The notes under the pieces were generated by a model that searched no databases, was not told the origin of the DNA, and saw only the letters and a list, made by a program, of their open reading frames with translations. From positions 165,136 through 229,135 of the forward strand of contig NW_027192224.1 in the NCBI RefSeq assembly GCF_041956535.1: a stretch of DNA of 64,000 nt. The letters are read 5' to 3'. Source of the DNA: Calcarisporiella thermophila CBS 279.70. Its lineage: Eukaryota > Fungi > Calcarisporiellomycota. The stretch's first letter is position 1; each line of letters opens with the position of its first letter. The position numbers were made by a program, and so were the translations under genes. Positions 1 to 14,148 of the stretch are shown here, in pieces.

Positions 1-513
1 GGGCAGGGGGCTAGATCGTAAGGGCCTAGCGGGGATGGCAAAACGAAGGTGGATAGGGAGGATGCGGGAATGTGTATGGACTGTTTTGTTTAGGCTGCGT
101 CTTCACTCTTGTAATGATGTTACATATACTTGCATGAGTTTGTCACGACGGATTTCGTGGCCTTGGGCCGAAAGCAAAGAGGAAAATGCTATCCATCCAT
201 TCTGCGCCACACTTCTATTTTTAATTTGGAAATAACTCCTAATAAATAGGATTCCGTTAGATCATGCGTTATTTTTGGAAACTTGCTGATGGAACCCGTG
301 AAACCTTCATGCGTAATGTAGCTTTGTGGTTCCCTTTTTCTCTGTCCCCCTCTTCTCTCTTTTTCTGCTGGCTGCTGTTGGCTCCTACATATTACCTCCG
401 GTAGGGCATTTACCTCTTATCTACAGCGTCATTTCATCAGAGTTGAGCTTCCACATCGATTCACTCCAACCATTTTCCAGCTATTGGCTTCAGTCTACTT
501 CTCGATTGATTTC

Positions 514-2432
514 ATGCGAATACCGCCAGAGAATAATGTTCGGCGGCTTTTGCCTCTTCACTTTGCCGCATTCACTTTCCTCACCGCGCTTCTCCTGCTG
601 GTCTCGAGAACCGCTCGCATTCAACAATCCTCCGTGCGGCCATTCCCATGGCACCTCCCACTTAACACCAATATGGACGAGCATTTCCTCAGTGTCGAAT
701 CTGTGCCCGAGGAAAGAAGAGCAGAGAACAAATGGATCATTATTATAGATGCCGGGTCCAGCGGGTCCAGAGTGTGGGTGTACGAGAATAAATTGGGCGC
801 GGCGCAAATCCATGGCGAGGTGAGAGGACTGGAGAACGTTGGCTTCAAAAGCACAGAGCCTGGTAAGTGGTTATTATGTTTTGAGGTCATGGCTTAATTC
901 TAACAATTGTTTTATATTCGTACTTCCCCTCCCTCTTTGTTTGAATTATGCCACCAGGCCTTTCCTCGTTTGCTCAACGCACAAGTGAATTAGCTAGGCA
1001 TCTCCGCCCCCTGCTCGACTTTGCCCAGCAACTTATCCCTTCCGCCGATCTCCCATCCACCCCTATCTATGTCCTCGCCACCGCTGGGCTACGCCTACTC
1101 TCCCCCAATCTGCAGAGCCGCTTGCTCCATGAGACATGTATGCTGATTCGACGTGAATACCCCTTTCACCTTCCCGACTGCGGAGAACACGTACGCGTGT
1201 TAACGGGAGAAATGGAGGGGATCTATGGCTGGTTGGCCGTCAACTACCGGAGCCTGCTGACGGGCGGAGAGCGGGCCAGCATTGGTTTTGTGGACATTGG
1301 AGGAGCCAGTGCTCAGATAGCCGTTGAGCATGAAGACGGCGAGGAGGTACGTATACCTCTAGGGGGAAGGCGGGAGCAAGAAGTGCGCGTGGGGTCTGTG
1401 TCGCTGCTTGGGTATGGCAGCAACGAGGCACGTCGCAGATATGTCCAAGAGCTGATCACGGCCACTTCGCGCGACGGGGCGGCAATACACGATCGAATTC
1501 CCGACCCGTGTTTACCGCAGGGCGTGGTCACTTACGAGGTGAACGTTGTGCTAAGCGGCACGGGTGATTACCGCCGCTGCCGCCGCCTTGTCTCCCGCAT
1601 GATCAAACGCATCTGCCCCGTCAGCCTGACACGGGAAAGCGCGCAGTGCAACGCGCTCGCGGCGACCTTTGCATCGATCGAGAAATTCATTGGGATTTCG
1701 GAGGTGTATTACGTGGCCCGCGCCCTCGGGCTCTCGAAATACGAGCGGGAAAAATTCGAACTGCAGACCGCCTACACGTGTGCATCGAAGCGTTGGATAG
1801 CGGCCAAGGCGGCGAAAGCGGAGGGCCACGAGAGAACCCTGTGCTTTAGGGCGGTGTGGGTCTCGGAATTTCTAGAAAAGATTAATAAGGGCCGAGCTCT
1901 GGCCGAGAAAAGTCGGCAGGACGAGAAGAAGAAGGGACAAAGGGGAGCGACGGGAAGGGGTAGAGAGCGAACTGTTGCGCTGAAGCTGGATATCTTGGGC
2001 GATGTGAGTTGGACGCTGGGCGCAGCCATTGTGCATATATACAAGGCCAAGCCTGCATCTGCTGCGCCCCCCTCCACCTCCTGGGCATTCCTGCAGAGAC
2101 ACCATAGAACCATTCTTACCTATAGCCACGAGTATCGAACACCCTTACTCTCGGTTGTCTTCTTGGCAAGCGCGGCGGTGAGCGTGTGGATCTGGTGGTA
2201 TGTCCGTAGGCGCCGCAGGGCAAAGCGGAGGTCTACGAGCGTGCCAGCGTGGGTCGACGCCATGTGCGCCTCGAAGGGCAAGGGAGGCCGCGTGCTGCCG
2301 CGACAGGCTGCCAACGGGCTGACGATCAGAGCCATGAGCAATACGAACTTGTGTGGTAGTGCGAACCCGGGGGAGAAAGAGAAGCCGGCGGGGGGTTTCG
2401 TACTGCCGAGCATGATCATGTATTCCAGCTAG
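514..2432 (+). CDS. YND1: GDA1/CD39-family nucleoside phosphatase (Ynd1-like apyrase), 2 exons
   Basis: Apyrase conserved regions IIIDAGSSGSR, ATAGLRLL, GEMEGIYGWLAVNY, DIGGASAQ and SWTLGA. Intron 863-957 (GTAAGT..CAG) restores EPGLSSF. C-terminal TM helix followed by a polybasic stretch, as in Ynd1. Confidence 0.88.
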
Positions 2433-3077
2433 TGCCCCAGCTCTGGGCGGGAACCCTTTGCTTGGACCTGTGTATATTAAATGTAAATACTCCCCTGAAC
2501 CACTCCTCCATATACCATTTCCGATTGCCGAAATAAAGATTCTCCCGGCCTGCAAACCTTAATTTGCCGGATGTTTCTCCTACGGCTCAAGCGGCCCAAC
2601 AAAACGGTCTAGAAGGCCGGGAACTCGCTGGCCCACGGGGAAGGCCACGGGGGAGGAAGGAGAGGCCAAGCGCGTGGTTGAGCACGGCCACGGCGGTGAA
2701 CAACGCCATCGCGCCAGCATGGGAACAGCTCACCGCCACGGACCAAATATCCTCAGCGGGTGGGCGGGGACGGGGGGTTTGAAAAGTTAAGGTTTTTCTT
2801 AGAAGGCTGACGCCGCTCTGATTGGTGCAGGCGACCACGCGAAATCCTCGCGTGTATAATAACCTAACTTCTTTCCCTGCTATTTCAACATGATAGCCCT
2901 CTCAATCCCATCTCATTAATAGGCTCTCCATCTTGAATTGCCCTTCCTACTTGCCCTAGTAGTGCTCAATCTAAATCCCCCCATCCGCATCCCCCTCTTC
3001 CCCCCTCCTTTCCCGCCCCTCTCCTCTTCCTCCCCTTCTCCTCGCTTCCCCATTTATTTCCTCTTTGCCGCCGTGTC

Positions 3078-4046
3078 ATGTCAACTTCAGACCCCATTCT
3101 GAAATCTGGTAGCCTCTACCGACCCAACCAGCATTCCCTCATTGCATGGCGCAGGCGCCACTTCACCCTGACCCCCACCCATTTGCGCTATCACAAGTCC
3201 GTGCTGGACCCGCTCCCCGCCGAGCTCATTGATCTGTCCTACTATGCCGCCTGCGAAATCGACTTGTCGTGCCGGCGGCCCTTTGCTTTCCGGCTGGAGC
3301 CCAGGGACGAGAGAAACCAGAAGCAGTGGGTGCTGTGTGCGGAAACACGAGAGGAGCTGGAGGACTGGATGCGCAAGATAATCCCGTGTTTGGGCGCAAG
3401 AAACATTATCGATGTGGTGCTGGACCGCATGTCGCTGTCAAGCTATAACCCGCTTTCGCCCATCGGCAGGGAGAGTGAGGAGAGCGGGGGGAAGGAGGAG
3501 GGGGAGGATGCATCCTCGGGTGAAAGCTGCATCCCTCCTTCCCCATCGTCCTCCTCGTCCCTCTCCACCCTCTCCTCGGCAAAGATCGCGCCGCCTAGGC
3601 GAATCCAGCCGGATCCCTCCCGCCATTCCCGCCACGTCGTCTCCGCCGGCTCCCCCTCCAGCTTGGCCTCACCTCCGCTTTCTCCCATCCCATGCTCACT
3701 TTTGGCCGTCAACACGGAGAGGTACTCCCTCGACTCCAGGCTTTCCCAATGCGGCGAGATGTCGATCCAACGACCCGATTTGATGCCGAACCCTTCCTTC
3801 TCTTCGACCCCCTCCACCTCCATAACTACACCACCCTCCTCGCTGGCCTCAAGGCGTAGCTTATGGCTGCCGCCCGTGATCGACAGGGATCCGCAGCATT
3901 CAAGCAACGACTCCGAATCTGTCAAAGTACCAACCACCCCTCCTCCAATCGGCTCTCCTCCCCTGACCAGCTCCAAGAGAAGCAGGCGGCTAAGTCTAGC
4001 GATCATGTTTGGAATATCATCCGTTACCCCGTCGTTTAATTTTTAA
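3078..4046 (+). CDS. PH-domain protein with Ser/Pro-rich tail
   Basis: Intronless 322-aa ORF. N-terminal PH signature (LKSGSL..WRRRHFTLT..LRY..FAFRL..WVLCAETREELEDWMRKI). Confidence 0.8.
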   Translation: MSTSDPILKSGSLYRPNQHSLIAWRRRHFTLTPTHLRYHKSVLDPLPAELIDLSYYAACEIDLSCRRPFAFRLEPRDERNQKQWVLCAETREELEDWMRKIIPCLGARNIIDVVLDRMSLSSYNPLSPIGRESEESGGKEEGEDASSGESCIPPSPSSSSSLSTLSSAKIAPPRRIQPDPSRHSRHVVSAGSPSSLASPPLSPIPCSLLAVNTERYSLDSRLSQCGEMSIQRPDLMPNPSFSSTPSTSITTPPSSLASRRSLWLPPVIDRDPQHSSNDSESVKVPTTPPPIGSPPLTSSKRSRRLSLAIMFGISSVTPSFNF

Positions 4047-4363
4047 TTGACATATCATTAGTCTATTATGCTTCTTCCATATATCTATATATTATCCACC
4101 TCTATACATAGAGCTCGCTTCTTTTGCATTGCCTGTATACTCGTCTTTTCACTATCTTCTAACGGCTCCTCCATCGGAAGAGGGACCTTGTAACATAGTA
4201 ATTTGGCCACGCTTTCATGCCACCTCTTTCCTCGGATGATTTATGGGTGAATTTCTCATGCATTCACACCTTTGCACTCAAAATAAAGTCTTCGGTGATA
4301 ATAGGAAAAATAAACAATATCCCAAGAAATACATGTCTATAAAGTCGAAGCGAAAAAAAAAGT

Positions 4364-6640
4364 CTATTTGCCACCCTCAACCTCGTCATTGCTTGCTCTA
4401 TCATCATCCAGAGTGCTCTCCTTTTTCGTCTTGGGCTCCGCGGATCCTCTTTCCCCTCCACCCATCTTACTGATCCACGATGCAACCTCCGCTTTTGTCA
4501 CCACCTCCTTACGGCTACTCTCCTGCCTTCGTTGCTCTTCCTTTCCATGACTCTTCTCCTCTTCTTCAAGCTCCTCTAGGATCCCTGCTTGCGTTAACAC
4601 CACATCAGCCACCACGGTCGGATCCTGACCGCCCTCTACGATGCGCGAAATAATCTCATTAATTACATCTGGGGGAACTTGCCCCTCTTGAAAAAGTGCA
4701 TTTATTCTGTCTTTTCTGTCCTCTGGCTCCTCCTCTTTTGCTTTCTTTTCGCCCTCCTGCTCTTCCTTCTCTCTAACGCTCTCCTCAGCGGTATTATCAC
4801 TGGAAATCACGCCCCTGGTTTTTTCCACGCCCCACCTTTTTTCCGCCTCTGCGATCTCATCGTCGACCACGATGGCACCACTCTTCACCCATTCCTCCAC
4901 AGCCTCCACCGCCACTCGAGGGTTCTGCTTGAAGTTCATCAGATATCCTTGCAATGAAGCCATGGAGAATTTTTCGTCCGGGATCTTTTCGGCAAAAGTA
5001 TCGGCAAGGAGCGGGTCAGGCAACTCAGGATAGAATCGGCGGAATAGTGCACCAGCCTGAGTAGAGGTGGCATTGGTAAAGTGGATTCGAACATCTATGC
5101 GGCCAGGCCGGATCAGAGCCGGGTCAAGACGCTCAATATGGCTAAGGAGGGGGGGAATTTAAACAAGTGAGTGGAAGGGTGGAGAAAGAAGATAAAGCTT
5201 AAGAAACACCAAAAAGTGGATGGGAATGTTACTTTGTCGTCATGCATAGAATGCGCCCCTCTTGGGCCATAATACCATCAATTGCATTAAGTAGACCTAA
5301 AGTCAAGCATTTCGTAAGAAGGGACGGATCCAAGCAATAAAACATCCACCGCTCACCCGAGAAAGTCAGGCCCTTCTGCCGCTCATTGCCCACTCTCCGT
5401 ACGAATGCCGAATCCACATCTTCCATCAACAAGATACAACGACCTGGAGTCTCATTCACCAAGTCATTTATGGTCTCGTCCGTGACCCCGCGGCTCGCCA
5501 AATTCACCATGTAGATATTCAGATTGAGTACGCCTGCCAACGCGAAGATAAAGGAGGTCTTTCCGGAGCCTGGGTTGCCATAAAATAGGTATCCCCTTCG
5601 ATAGGGAATGCCCCGTTCGGCATACCATTCCTCGGAATCCAGGAAATTTCTCGCATCCTTGATTACGTATTCTTTGACGTTGGGGTCTAAAATGACTGAA
5701 TCCATCGGCCGTTTTGCAATCCTGTTGGCGGTATTTCTGGGCCGTTTCCAGTGGCCAAACTGGTCGGAGCCAAATACCACCGTGCGGTCCAGGTCTTTGG
5801 CAAGGAACTTGGACTGGGCCTCGCGCACAATAGAGAGCATCAGATCACGCGAAACAGCCAGGACCGAGATGGTGATGGTCTCGATAGGGATTTGAACTGG
5901 TCCTTGATTGGAGTTATGCCGAAGATGGGTCTGATCGGAAGTGTGAAAGTTGAGCCAGAGCGGCTGCCCACGATAGAAGGTAAAATGGGTCCCTAGACCA
6001 TGCAGTCAAGGGTTAGGGTTGGATGTTGTAGTGACAAAAGGGTAGGGAGAAGGGAAGAAAAGCATAAGAGAGGAAACAGAAGGTGCTATTACCTGGTGCT
6101 GGAAGGAAAAACAGCTGCGGGACGGTGGTATCCAGGTTCTTTCTAAAGAAAGGAAGTCAGCTTCGAGTATGGGGTTGACAACATCTCCGCTAACTTACTC
6201 AAAAATAGGCTCTCCTCGGGTTAACGATGTCGACACCCTAAACTGCATTGCCTTCGCAAATGCAGGCTGTTCCACAAGCCAATTCAGAATATAACTGAAT
6301 GCTTCATCTCGACTATCAAACACTATATTCAAATTCATGAACATCAGTTACCAAAAAAATGCACATAGCTCTCCATTTCAGTAGACCAAGGGAATGCATG
6401 TTAGCGCTTCTTACCAGCCCGAGAGACGAATCGCTTATTGAGCCAATCCGTTATTATATTGCCTAGTGTTCTGAAAAAGGCCAAGACAACTCCGACCACA
6501 AAGAGCTCCACCCCAAGAGAATAGAGATGGCCATGCAAGCTGCTGGCGATGTTTTGCACTATAGCCGAGGATTTCCATTGCATGGGCTGCATGAATATGG
6601 ATGTTAGCCTTGGAACGCCGTATGGTTTCGGATGGTCCAT
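4364..6640 (-). CDS. BCS1-like AAA ATPase, multi-exon, with acidic C-terminal extension
   Basis: WYAERGIPYRRGYLFYGNPGSGKTS (Walker A), LLMEDVD (Walker B), LTFSG/LLNAIDG, and HIERLDPALIRPGRID in the exon near 5090-5140; SMASLQGYL. Start at 6640 is the best guess. Confidence 0.88.
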
Positions 6641-7837
6641 CGTTGTAATGGAAGTGAGAACTCCAGTATTTCCGCGGTAACAAGCAAAGTGTTGCGATGG
6701 AGTTGAATAGAGTTATATGCGAACCCATATTGTCAAAAAAAAAGAGAAGGTGCAACGCTCCTGTGGAACCGTGACCAAAAACTCGTCCTATTTCTGAGTA
6801 CAAAGGAGGTGAATATTTCTTTTTACTATTGCTTCCTGCCCTTCGCTATTTCCATAGATTCTCGCATTTTACTTTTTGTTTGACCGCCACCTTATTTGTC
6901 AGATTCTTGTCTTTCTTCTCCTGCAACAATACATGGATCCTTATTTTAGAGTGTTCAATCTATGGTATTCTTCATGGTAAGCGTTAAAATTCACCTAAGG
7001 GGTAATTTTGAAGTAGCGCGGGTGACCATGGCTGGTGATGACTATAAATGGAATACATCGTGGCAATGCGACTAAACCATTTTTGGAAATCGCTTATTTT
7101 AACCAACCAAGAATACCTTTTCAACCTTGCTGAAACTGATAGATTCTTACAAGAGGTTTTCCATCGTCTGTATTTCAAAAAAAAAAATACGCGTTCAAAG
7201 GCCGCAGTTTAAGAACTAGGTTCAGATATTTAAATTGGCATCGTAAGAATCATATGCAAATTTTGAATTACTCAAGCACCTACCCATCGCATCCCGCTGG
7301 TTTTCTCTGATTCTAAGTCTGAGAAATAAAACATGTACTGGAGTAAGTGGCAAGAAAAAAAAATCCTCCAAGGATTACATATTATGTTGGACGGGTAGGA
7401 GATTATCATGAGGTAAGTAAGATGCGTCATACAATTAGAAGAGCACGTCATACTCCGCCTCAACTCCTCCATAGTACCCAAATTATATTTCGATGTTGAG
7501 ACCATAACGAGATTGTTTTCATAAGTTCAACAAATATGCTCAAGTATGGTTCATCCCCAAGCTAGGATGATCGTCGAGCTGTCTCTCGTCACCATATTGA
7601 CTCTACGTCTGGGAAGAAATTTCGTGAGAACCAACTGAACACATCCATGTATATGCTGAAATGCCGGGCTGCACTATGTGTAAGGTTAGCTCAAGGCTGG
7701 GTTTGGGATGTGTAAATTACATAAACCAAGATGACATGCCTCAAAATTTCTCCGTATATATTCTACTGATACACTCCTTATTTCCCCTTAATCAACACAC
7801 TATAGGAGAGCGTCTACGGCTACGGATGCTAACTGGA

Positions 7838-7896
7838 GGGGGGGTATGTAGCTACATACCCCCCCCCCCCATGTAGGAACAGCTATAGCTGTTCCT
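7838..7896. repeat. Two adjacent perfect palindromes (double hairpin)
   Basis: GGGGGGGTATGTAG|CTACATACCCCCCC at 7838-7865 and AGGAACAGCTA|TAGCTGTTCCT at 7875-7896. Confidence 0.9.
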
Positions 7897-9909
7897 CCAA
7901 CATGCCTTAGTGAGTAGTTGGCATTGGTTAGAGATGACTAAGATATAGATTGGGAATAATAGAGATTTTAAAAGGAGATGGCATATAAATGGGGGAGACT
8001 TGTAGCAATTTTACAACAGGCCTGGAGAGCAGAGATAGCATGAGCAATAAAATTATGAACTAAACGAAAAGAGAGGCTGAATACATCCATCATCAGATAA
8101 AAAAGAAACAAAATGGACAGAGGAGCATCATCACCACCCCAGCTGCCACCATCATCATAACCGGCTAATCTATCTCCAGACAGCCGCCTTATCTGTGAAT
8201 CGGAGAAAACTTTACGACTTCCGTATCAAAAAATCGGGAGCGGCTCCTCGCATCTAGCGTAGAGACCTAGGGCAATAATCACCGTAATCAACCTTGTGTA
8301 AAAAAGGGTTCATTCACGGCGCAACTCCATTCCCCAATGGGGACGACTAGCCACTCGAAGCAGTATGCAGGCGAAAGTAGGCCGCAAACTCTATTGGGAG
8401 TCGTAGGGAGGGAACTCAACAGCGCCGTGGGAGAGTTTGTCAACGCCATCTGATTCAGGAACTTCTAGGGCACAACCATATACGTGAGCGGTGTTCGGAG
8501 CAGCCATCGACAGAGAGCGGGGAGAGCGTTTGACTTTACTGCATCCGCAATTCTCCGGCATTCTCACTCTATCTGACAAGTCTCCAAACCGATAATTTAG
8601 CTTTTCAAGCGGGGGCGAGGGGGTGGGGCAGAGCAGAGTTCGAGTTTCACACTTCAGATGAGATTGCTGGCGCCCTCTTCCCATGGTGAGAAAAAAGTCC
8701 AGACATAGGAAACTAGATCCGAGCTCCCACTGCTTGAGCTAAATTTGGGCCGAGAGGGAAAAATCGCTGATAGAGTTTATCGAGGAGTTAGGGTTGGGCT
8801 GTGACGAGTTGACCAAGCCTCAGTCGTTTTAGAGTTAATGCTGCGTTGATGCAAGGGGAAAACAAGCCCTCGAAGATCCGCTGGATCCTCTCCTGCTGGC
8901 TGAGCAGAGTTTCGGAACTTCACACACGACCGTGGCTGAGCCTCGCTCTCCTGGCTGAATCCTAGGATGGAGGCGTGCTATTGGCGCCCAATTGCCTGAT
9001 CTCGCGGGGAAAGATGAGATTTGAAACCTTCATTTCCTTGGCCGCGCAGGTGCAGCCAAACCTCTTGAAAAAAAATGGCATAGTCCAAGAAGAAGAGGGC
9101 ATGAAGGTTGACTTTGTACTAGGTTAGAGTTCTCGTCACCCTTTGTTTTTTATTTTCGGCGAACAATTTTCCAATTTTTTTTTTCACACAGGGAGTCGGG
9201 GTTGAATCTTTCTTATTTTGATATTTGACATAATCCAAAGAGGAGGGCGAGATGCAGCCCCAACCTGCTATCTAATTCCTATAGTCGCCGTTAAAATGGT
9301 CGCTCTATGCGGTTTCTCTTGGGCATAGCTTGCGAGCGTGTGCGACGCTCCACTTCCTCGCTTTCACGAGTTTATTTGGCGGTCGGTTGGCCCGTGTGGA
9401 CTAGGGCCAAGTTTTGCCACCAAACCTCTTTCAATCGAGGTTCAATCCAGTAAGTTTGACTCGCTACCATCCTTCCCAAACCGATATCCTCTCCTCCACC
9501 TCCATTGTACTCTGCGCCATCGCTCCGGCTTGTTCATTGTGGAAGCTGCAGATACGGAAAATACAGGGTTACGTAAATTCATTCGCTTGTCTCTTCCGAG
9601 AAATCTGTTGTGCAAAGCGCACTCTTGAACTCTGTCTCTTGTTACAGTCTACTCTAAGTTTATTTTGTATCACGGATCGGGCACAGGCTTGTATCCTTGT
9701 AACGTGATTACATCTTCCCATCTCGCTCTCTCTTCTCCTCCTCTCCTCTCCTCTCTCTTTCTCCCTCTTTTTTTTCCTGTTTATATATATTCCTCTATTT
9801 TTGCCCCAGCTGTTGTTCTCTTTTTCTATTTCATTTCCTTTGTTTCTCATTTAATTGGTTTTTCTTTTGTTCCGCAACCATCACACTAGGGTGATTTAGG
9901 CCAAGGACT

Positions 9910-11189
9910 ATGCAACAGGACACCTCACAATATCGCCCGCATGATCCTGCTTCCCATTTCCGCATCCAGACAAAAAAGTATACGACCAGTCTAGATCCGC
10001 GAGGATATATCCCTGGTAAGTTGTTACCCCTTTCCCTACTGTTCCAGTGCTGGCATTCATCTCCAAGCTGTTGTCTCTACATAGTGTACGAGTATGTACT
10101 GGATGGACCTGCCGCCTCCACATTAGTAATGTGGGACAGGGAAACGGGACAGGTGCACTTCACGGGTATATGGAAGGTATATAACCATCAATCTCTATAT
10201 TATCCTTTGTTATACTGTTCTCATCCCTCCCCCTTTTTTCCACTCCCTTTTTATCAGGCTCTGGGGAATTCGAAGGGGGATATTGCAAAGGTTATCGATT
10301 CCAATCCAGGACTGAATTTCAAAAAAATCCGCGGGGGCTACCTCAAGATCCAGGGAACATGGTGAGGGTTGGATGAATTCACTGGCAAGAGTAGCCCTTT
10401 TATCTAATGCCTCTCTAAAGGATCCATTATCACGGTGCAAGATTCCTCGCCCTACGCACTTGCTATGCAATTCGACACCAGTTGATCCCGCTCTTCGGCC
10501 CCACATTCCCTGATGAATGCGTTCACCCCTCGAACCCCGAGTTTGGATGTCTAGTCCTCCCCGATCTCCTGGTCTCCTCGGCCGTTCTGCCCTCTTCCAC
10601 ACCATCGTTATTTCAGAATACGCATACGTTCGATATAGTTGATAATAATAAGAAATGTACCATCCGTGATCCAAGACGCTCCTCTCCAACTTTCCCTCAC
10701 CGTTACCGCGCATCCCATCCCTACTTGCCTTTCCCCACTACACTAGCAAACCCCACCAATATTATCCAGCCATTGCATAGCATGCCCACGATGTCCCCAT
10801 CAAGAAGCAAGCACTTCTCTCCCAGAGGGATGGAAATGCTGCTGAACAATGAGGATGAGCGATCCAAACAAAATCCGACAGAAATGCTAAGATCATTCTC
10901 AGCTCCTGTGTGCTCACGAGAGTCCAGCGTCTCTTTCTCGTGCAATAGCATGATCTTTCCGTCGGGGCAGGATATACCCATGATGGGGGAATCCTCTCAG
11001 CGTGCCCGTCCGTCCGTGCGATTTGTGCCAGAGAGCATGGAGGGAAATGACCGAAGAGATACTATGACATGCTCTTCCTTTTTGGAACAGCTCTCGAGAG
11101 AGCAACAGCGGGGCGTGATGGGCCGGCGCGCATCACTTCCACAGAGAATACAATTCGGAGGAAGAGATTATCGGGTTGTGTTTTTGTAA
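9910..11189 (+). CDS. KilA-N/APSES transcription factor (Xbp1-like clade), spliced
   Basis: Spliced domain YTTSLDPRGYIP..VMWDRETGQVHFTGIWKALG..KKIRGGYLKIQGTW..IRHQLIPLFGPTFP; three GT-AG introns. Confidence 0.85.
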
Positions 11190-11706
11190 AATATTTGTTT
11201 CTGTTTGATTGTCCTGTTTCTTCTCGTGAATCTTGTTTCCCAGTTATGTTGGTGTTTTTCTACTGTTATTTTTGTATATAACCTGTAAGGAAAGAACTCC
11301 TCCTTGTCTTCTGCTTTTATTTAGTACTTCGTTTTGATAAGTTAATGTTTAATTTTTATTCTTTCTTGTTCACATACACACATATATATCTACGCGTATA
11401 ATATGTGTGTGTTTATTTATTTATATATTTATTTATACGCTTTTGCTTGTTTTCTCTCTCCCTCCCTCCCTACTTTTTACACTTTTGGCGCGTTTTTCCT
11501 TTTTTTCGATACTAATTTAATGCTAATGCTTGAATATCCCTTACATATCTTAATTATCCATTCTGGGATACTTTATTTTTCCGACTCGTATTCTAAGAGA
11601 ATATTCTCATCTCAGTTTCAAAGGAAGATCCGGAAAAAGTAGAAGAAGCAGAAGAAGTGGGAGAAAACGTAAACTCTACCATATTTTATATGCCATTGCT
11701 CACGCC

Positions 11707-14148
11707 ATGCCAGCGCCGGTGACATCCAGCGGTGACCATTCAGCAGAGCCGTCCCCTTCCATGCTCGCTCCGCCTACTGGCTTATCTCATGCAGCTAGCT
11801 CGTCTGCACTGTCTGTAGCCATTCATCACGGCCATCATCAGCATCCACAGATAGAAACGCTCCAGCAAAAGGAGAATGAAACCTTAAGACGAGCTGCATC
11901 GGCGACGCAATTAGGAGGACAACGAAAAAAAAGTGTAAGGGATTTTGAGTTTGGACGGACGTTGGGCGAAGGATCTTATTCAACGGTAAGCACATTTCCC
12001 TTCTTCTTTAGCCCCTCTTTTGCATTTTTATTGCCCCTTTATTTGGCGGCCGCTTTTTTAATGCGATGATGTAAAATGAGAGCTGAATTGACATTTTCTC
12101 TATCCGATCTGAAATGGCGACTCAGGTCGTAAAGGCGATTGATCGCGAGACAGGTCGTGAATATGCAATCAAGATCCTTGACAAGCGTCACATATTAAAA
12201 GAAAAGAAGGTTAAATATGTCAACATCGAAAAGGAAGCACTCAGTCGATTGCACCATCCCGGGGTTGTGCAGCTTTACTATACCTTCCAAGACCAGAGCA
12301 GTCTATGTAAATTTCGCAATTATTGGTGATGCCGTGGATTGTCCTGACTTTTTTTATCATTAGACTTTGTATTAGAGATAGCTAGAAATGGTGAATTGCT
12401 GACTCTGATAAAAAAGGTATTCATTTTCATGTGTGCCAGCGGTTTCTTTTTTATATCGCATATATTCAACCTTTTTCTCCCGATAACAGCGCAAGACATT
12501 CAGCCTGCCACTGGCGCAATTTTACGCTGCGCAAATTCTCTCGGTCATCGAATACATTCATTCTAAAGACATACTTCATAGGGATGTTAAACCAGAAAAG
12601 TAAGCGATAGAACTGTTCATACAGAATTCATTTTTTTTCCTGGACTTTCAACCTGGACTTTCAACCTGGACTCTATTTATTAGTGTATTATTAGACGATA
12701 AGATGCATATTAAGATGACGGATTTTGGAACTGCAAAGATTTTGACGGAGGGGAGGACGGAAGAGGTTGTGGCAAATGAAGGTATCCTCCAATAATTTCC
12801 TAATTCTAAGCAAATGGGTGGTGTTTGTTAATCGCGTTTCTCCTCTTCACAAGGTGGTAATCAAAGGGCAAGGTCTTTTGTTGGAACTGCGGAATATGTC
12901 AGCCCAGAGCTTTTGACGGAGAAATCTGCGTGTAAAGCGTAAGTCGTCCATTTTTCCGCTCCATCTGATGTAAACTTGAGCTTTTCCTATTTTATAGGTC
13001 GGATTGGTGGGCGCTTGGCTGTATTATCTACCAGATGTTAGCAGGACGGCCTCCCTTTAAAGCGCCTAATGAATATCAGACATTTCTTAAAATTACCAAT
13101 CTTGAATACGATTTCCCAGATGGATTTCCGGATGTAGCTAGGGATCTTGTGCAGAAAATTTTGGTAATTGTGTCTCTTCTATGGAAATTCAGAATACCAA
13201 CCCGTGGTATCCAACCATCATCTCACCGGCCCATTTTCCTTAAATTTTCATAGATCTTGGACCCTTCACAGCGTCTCGGAAGTATGGAAATGGGCGGTCC
13301 GGAAAAGCTAAAAGAGCACCCATTTTTCTCTGGCGTTCACTGGGCAACTCTGTTTCTTGACCCAGTGCCGGAGCTCCTGCCCGTTCAAGACGAAGATGAT
13401 TTGAATGAGGGTACAGAGGAAGCAGAAGAAGGGCTGTTTGCCGATATACCAGTGCATGAGCCTGACCCGTTCTTACCGCACAGAGGGGCCGCCAGAGGGA
13501 AAAAACAGCGCAGCCTATCTCCTACGGGTGCCGGGCGGAGGTTAGAGGGATTGAGTGAGGAAGAGGAGCTGGAAAAAGGGGGAAGAAGGGGAGAGCTACT
13601 CAATGGATATTCGTGTGCGGCAGCCAAGCAAGAGGAGACAGAATGCCGATTAAATGAAAAGCAAGGTACGGGCGATGGTGAAGGTGAAGAGGCAGAGGGT
13701 GATTATTCGTCTGAGAAGGAGGCAGTATCAAAGGAAGCCTGGCGATCCTACCTACTCCCCAAGGAGCGGGTGGTGCGCACAGGAGTTTTGATCCAGCGCA
13801 AATTCTTATTTTCAAAGAAGCGCTTCCTTGTGCTGACAGATCATCCTCGGCTGCTGTGTCTCGACACAGAGAAGCTCAATAAAAAGGATGAGATTCTGGG
13901 AAGCGGAGGAATTATGCCGGAGCTGAAGGGGCGAAAGCATTTTTGTATTCGGGCGGTAAGTGTTTCTTTACCGATCTTAGTTCTCACACTCTGGGAATCA
14001 AGCTCTAACCTTGATTGCGCATGTTATTCTCTGCTTGGGTTAGATGAACAAATCGTACCGATTTGAGGATCCTCAGGCAAAAGCGGATGAGTGGGTTCAT
14101 GCCATCAATCGAGTGCTGGTAGATCACAGTGCAAATTGGATTAATTAG
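11707..14148 (+). CDS. PKH1: PDK1-family (Pkh1/Ksg1-like) Ser/Thr kinase with C-terminal PH domain, multi-exon
   Basis: [67 protein letters not shown]; PH-like tail [19 protein letters not shown]. Last exon ends at TAG 14146-14148. Confidence 0.93.
12639..12672 (+). repeat. 13-bp tandem repeat (CCTGGACTTTCAA, ~2.6 copies) in a kinase intron
   Basis: Read directly from the sequence. Confidence 0.85.

Noticed and set aside
6984-7620. Short minus-strand ORFs as a transposon or pseudogene relic
   Set aside because: No recognisable transposase, RT or other domain and no terminal repeats.
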